From Minisyncoccota bacterium (GTDB taxonomy: Bacteria > Patescibacteriota > Minisyncoccia > JAHIHE01 > JAGLIN01): a DNA stretch of 64,000 nucleotides. Below, piece after piece: positions 61,159 to 64,000 of this stretch; positions within the stretch are counted from its first letter, which is position 1; each line of letters opens with the position of its first letter. The notes below the pieces were generated by a model. It was not told the origin of the DNA. It ran no database searches and was given only the letters and a program-made list of their open reading frames with translations. The position numbers were made by a program, and so were the translations under genes. Where the stretch lies: positions 1,854 through 65,853 of the forward strand of contig JBAZUT010000001.1 of NCBI GenBank assembly GCA_041661265.1, in the 5' to 3' direction.

Positions 61159-61581
61159 TTACCGCCACCAAACTAAAATAAACACGCCGAGCAGAATGTC
61201 GAAAGCAACACATGTAGGCACATACCAAAATGCAACGGATGTATTGAGAGTCTTTGGATGTTCAATGATGATGTCCCAGACAGCATGTACAAAACATGCC
61301 AACGCGAGAAATAATGGATTCACCCAAAGACCTGCAAGCGCGAGAACGAAAAAAACCGCGGAAGCTCCGTCTTGAAGAGCAGCCTTCTTTAGGCTGGCAG
61401 TTAACAGTCCTACACCCAAATAAACGCCGCCAAAATATCCGACTAAAACAACCAAAATATCTCGAGCATGTGCCTTAGATAATAATGTAATAGCAAAAGA
61501 GACAACAATGGCGCCAATTACGCCAATGAACATAGGTATTTTACGATTCATAATATTTCCCTTCATATTTTCTTGTTCCAT
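61159..61581 (-). CDS. Membrane protein paralogous to 60725..61123, cargo
   Basis: GLWVNPL...HAVWD...H...V..WY...C..FD. Confidence 0.8.
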   Translation of the reverse strand: MEQENMKGNIMNRKIPMFIGVIGAIVVSFAITLLSKAHARDILVVLVGYFGGVYLGVGLLTASLKKAALQDGASAVFFVLALAGLWVNPLFLALACFVHAVWDIIIEHPKTLNTSVAFWYVPTCVAFDILLGVFILVWWR

Positions 61582-61590
61582 ATTATTATT

Positions 61591-61797
61591 TTATTTTATT
61601 AGATCTTCAATTGAAACGCCAAGAGCTTTAGCAATCTTTGCCATAATTAACACAGACGGTTTTTTAATCACATTACTCTCAATTTTTGTCAGGGTGGTAT
61701 ATTTAACACCAGATTTTTTGGCAAAATCCTCCTGCGATAAACCTAGCTTTGCGCGATATCGTTTTATATTTTCTCCAATATTGATTTCTGTTGCCAT
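61591..61797 (-). CDS. XRE-family HTH regulator divergent from the recombinase
   Basis: IGENIKRYR...GLSQE.FA..SGV.Y..L.KIE....KP......IAKALGVS. Confidence 0.95.
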   Translation of the reverse strand: MATEINIGENIKRYRAKLGLSQEDFAKKSGVKYTTLTKIESNVIKKPSVLIMAKIAKALGVSIEDLIK

Positions 61798-61865
61798 AAT
61801 TTCAATAATTTGATAGTATTATACTGATATGATATTATTTCAATATAATACTATCACAAAATTAT

Positions 61866-62197
61866 AAATTCGGGAAGCCCGCTTTTGGCCTAAAATGAAT
61901 TCGAGCCGATATTTTTTCAGGTTCTTTGGCAGTTTTTCAATTCTGAAATGGTCGCCTCCGCGGGCGGGCGGAAGGGGGGTTTGGGGGTGCCCCGAAGCAG
62001 AGCGAGCTCGCTACGGGGTAAAAATTCTGCCCGCTCCGCTTAATTTTCGCTGAAATCGGTTCGGATATTTTCGAACGCACACCGCCAGTTGGAAAACTGG
62101 GGGGAATTGGCAAGGGTTCGCCAGCCGATTTTCCCTTTATGAATTTTTTATCTTTGCCCGCAGTAGCGGGCAGGCCAAAAGCGGGCTTCCCGAATTT
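61866..62197. repeat. Perfect 26-bp inverted repeat (61866-61891 / 62172-62197)
   Basis: AAATTCGGGAAGCCCGCTTTTGGCCT and AGGCCAAAAGCGGGCTTCCCGAATTT. Confidence 0.95.
61942..62139 (-). repeat. Perfect 198-bp inverted copy of the element's circle junction
   Basis: 61942-62086 = reverse complement of 60488-60632 (145 bp); 62082-62139 = reverse complement of 63600-63657 (58 bp); the two overlap in the 5-bp core. Confidence 0.95.
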
Positions 62198-62217
62198 TCT
62201 ATTTAATTTTAAAAACT

Positions 62218-63690
62218 ATGAAATATTTTATCTACACAAGAAAATCAACGGACAGTGAAGAAAGGCAAGTTTTAAGCATTGAATCTCAAATTTCCGAATT
62301 AAAAGAATTTGCCGCCAAAGAAAAACTTGAAATCGTCGCCTCGCCAAGCGAGGCAAAAACTGCCAAAGAACCTGGCCGAACTGTGTTCGGCGAAATGCTT
62401 GATCGGATTGAAAAAGGCGAAGCCTGCGGAATTTTGGCTTGGCATCCGGATCGACTGGCTAGAAATTCAATTGACGGAGGTAAAATCATTTATTTGCTGG
62501 ACACTGGAAAAATAAAAGATTTGAAGTTTCCGACATTTTGGTTTGATAGTACGCCGCAGGGAAAATTTATGCTAAACATTGCCTTTGGCCAAAGTAAGTA
62601 TTACATCGACAATCTAAGCGAGAATATCAAGCGTGGACACCGAGCAAAACTACGAAAAGGCATTTGGCCGACTTTTGCCCCGCTTGGTTATTTGAATAAC
62701 CACAAAACCAAAGGGATTGATATTGACCCTGAAAGAGCGTCATTTATTAGAAAAGCCTTTGAGCTTTACGGAACTGGTGAATACACACTAAAAGCCATTG
62801 TAAAGGTTTTGGGGCAAGCGGGGCTAAAAAGCTACAAAGGCAATGTTCTTTCCGTCTCCAGTGTCCAGCGTATGCTTCAAAACTCGATTTATTACGGCGT
62901 ATTTTCTTTCAATGGCTAAGTTTACGACGGAACGCATGAGCCGATTATTTCCAAGAAACTTTTTGATACTGTTCAACAAGTCATGAGTAATCGAGGAAAA
63001 AAGCAAAGAAAGAGAAAGCGTGAATTTGCTTTTTCAGGTTTGATGAAATGCGGTTCTTGTGATTGCCTCATAACCGCCGAAAAGCAAAAAGGACATCACT
63101 ATTATCGCTGCACCAAGAAAAAGCAAAAGTGCGATGAAAAATATTTGCGGGAAGAAAAACTTGTTGAACAAATGAAAGCAGTTATTCAAAAAGTTTCTTT
63201 GCCTGACGATTGGGTGAAAAATATGCTTTTAGAGATAGACAAAGAAAAAGAGCAAGTCAACGAAGAAACAAAAAATATTGTTCAAAATCTTTATAGCCGA
63301 AAAATTGAAATTGAAACAACAACCGAAAAACTGCTTGATCTTTTTATTGAAGGCAAAAGCATTGAGCCCGAAGAATACCAAGCTAAAAAACAAAAACTTC
63401 TCAATGAGAAGCTGGACATACAACAGCGGATAAAGGATTTTGAACAAATGGGAAATAATCGGCTCGAACCGATGAAAGAAATGATTTTAGCCAGTAGCCA
63501 AGCCAAAATTCTTTTGTCGCAAGGCGACAATCAAAAAATCCGAGCATTTCTAAAAAATATCGGCTCGAACTTCATTTTGAAAGATAAAAAATTCTTATTT
63601 AAAGGGAAAATCGGCTGGCGAACCCTTGCCAATTCCCCCCAGTTTTCCAACTGGCGGAGAGGGAGGGAGTCGAACCCTCGAGACTTTTGA
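62218..63690 (+). pseudogene. Large serine recombinase interrupted by one in-frame TAA (62917-62919)
   Basis: YTRKS catalytic motif, DRLAR, recombinase domain (PLGY...YYG...G*VYDGTHEPII), Zn ribbon CGSC...YYRC...C, coiled coil. ORFs 62218..62919 and 62983..63690 share a frame. Confidence 0.9.
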
Positions 63691-63741
63691 CGGTCTACCG
63701 CCTTTCCAAGGCGGCGCACTCGACCACTATGCGACCTCTCC
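63652..63741 (-). tRNA. tRNA-Ser (anticodon GGA)
   Basis: GGAGAGG acceptor stem, CCGCC-TTGGAAA-GGCGG anticodon arm, long variable arm, GGTTCGACTCC T arm, CCA end. Confidence 0.95.
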
Positions 63742-64000
63742 AAATGTGTCATGTAGCAAAAAACATGAAACTTGAAACAAAGAACAAGCCGTTTATCAAT
63801 CGATATTTTTGCTAATTAAATATACTATTATTTCGGGGATTTGTAAATAATGGAGGTCAAAAGGCTTTTTTCGGAAAATAGCAGGATATTGTTGACCGAT
63901 GGGAGATTTTGTGATACAAGATAATGATACTCGGTCCAAACGCCTGAGTATAAACAGATAGGACAGTTCTAAAGGAGGAATTTGGATGAAAAGGTTTATA

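Larger units (their letters stand above)
60488..63657 (+). mobile_element. ~3.2 kb serine-recombinase element integrated in the 3' end of tRNA-Ser; att core GGCGG (60488-60492 and 63653-63657)
   Basis: Recombinase ORF runs into the tRNA. Both ends are defined exactly by the internal inverted copy of the right-end/left-end junction at 61942-62139. Confidence 0.85.

Noticed and set aside
62917-62919. Stop-codon reassignment or programmed readthrough
   Set aside because: TAA, TAG and TGA all terminate well-supported genes in this window; a point mutation or error is simpler.
63531-63752. 73-aa minus-strand ORF
   Set aside because: Overlaps tRNA-Ser and the recombinase 3' end; spurious.

Overview
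Bacterial window (genetic code 11). Gene content and the many orphan ORFs suggest Patescibacteria/CPR, Parcubacteria-like; this is inference only. It opens with the 5' >7.4 kb of a giant Gly-rich/Ig-like surface protein gene (minus strand, 1..7499) that the ORF track missed. About 50 kb of accessory genes follow: iron/redox, repair, thiamine salvage, many small self-contained promoter-RBS-ORF-terminator units, a low-GC Mrr/C5-methylase/GHKL-ATPase/Vsr cluster, and REP-like palindromes. It ends with a ~3.2 kb element (60488..63657) carrying a large serine recombinase, integrated at the 3' end of tRNA-Ser(GGA). This element is the most striking structure. It contains a perfect 198-bp inverted internal copy of its own predicted excision-circle junction (attP), plus four shorter antisense copies of pieces of its recombinase gene, two small hairpins and a 26-bp closing stem. 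Together these let one strand of the excised circle (ssDNA or RNA) fold into a duplex attP bracketed by two four-way junctions. All calls are by eye; no searches were run.
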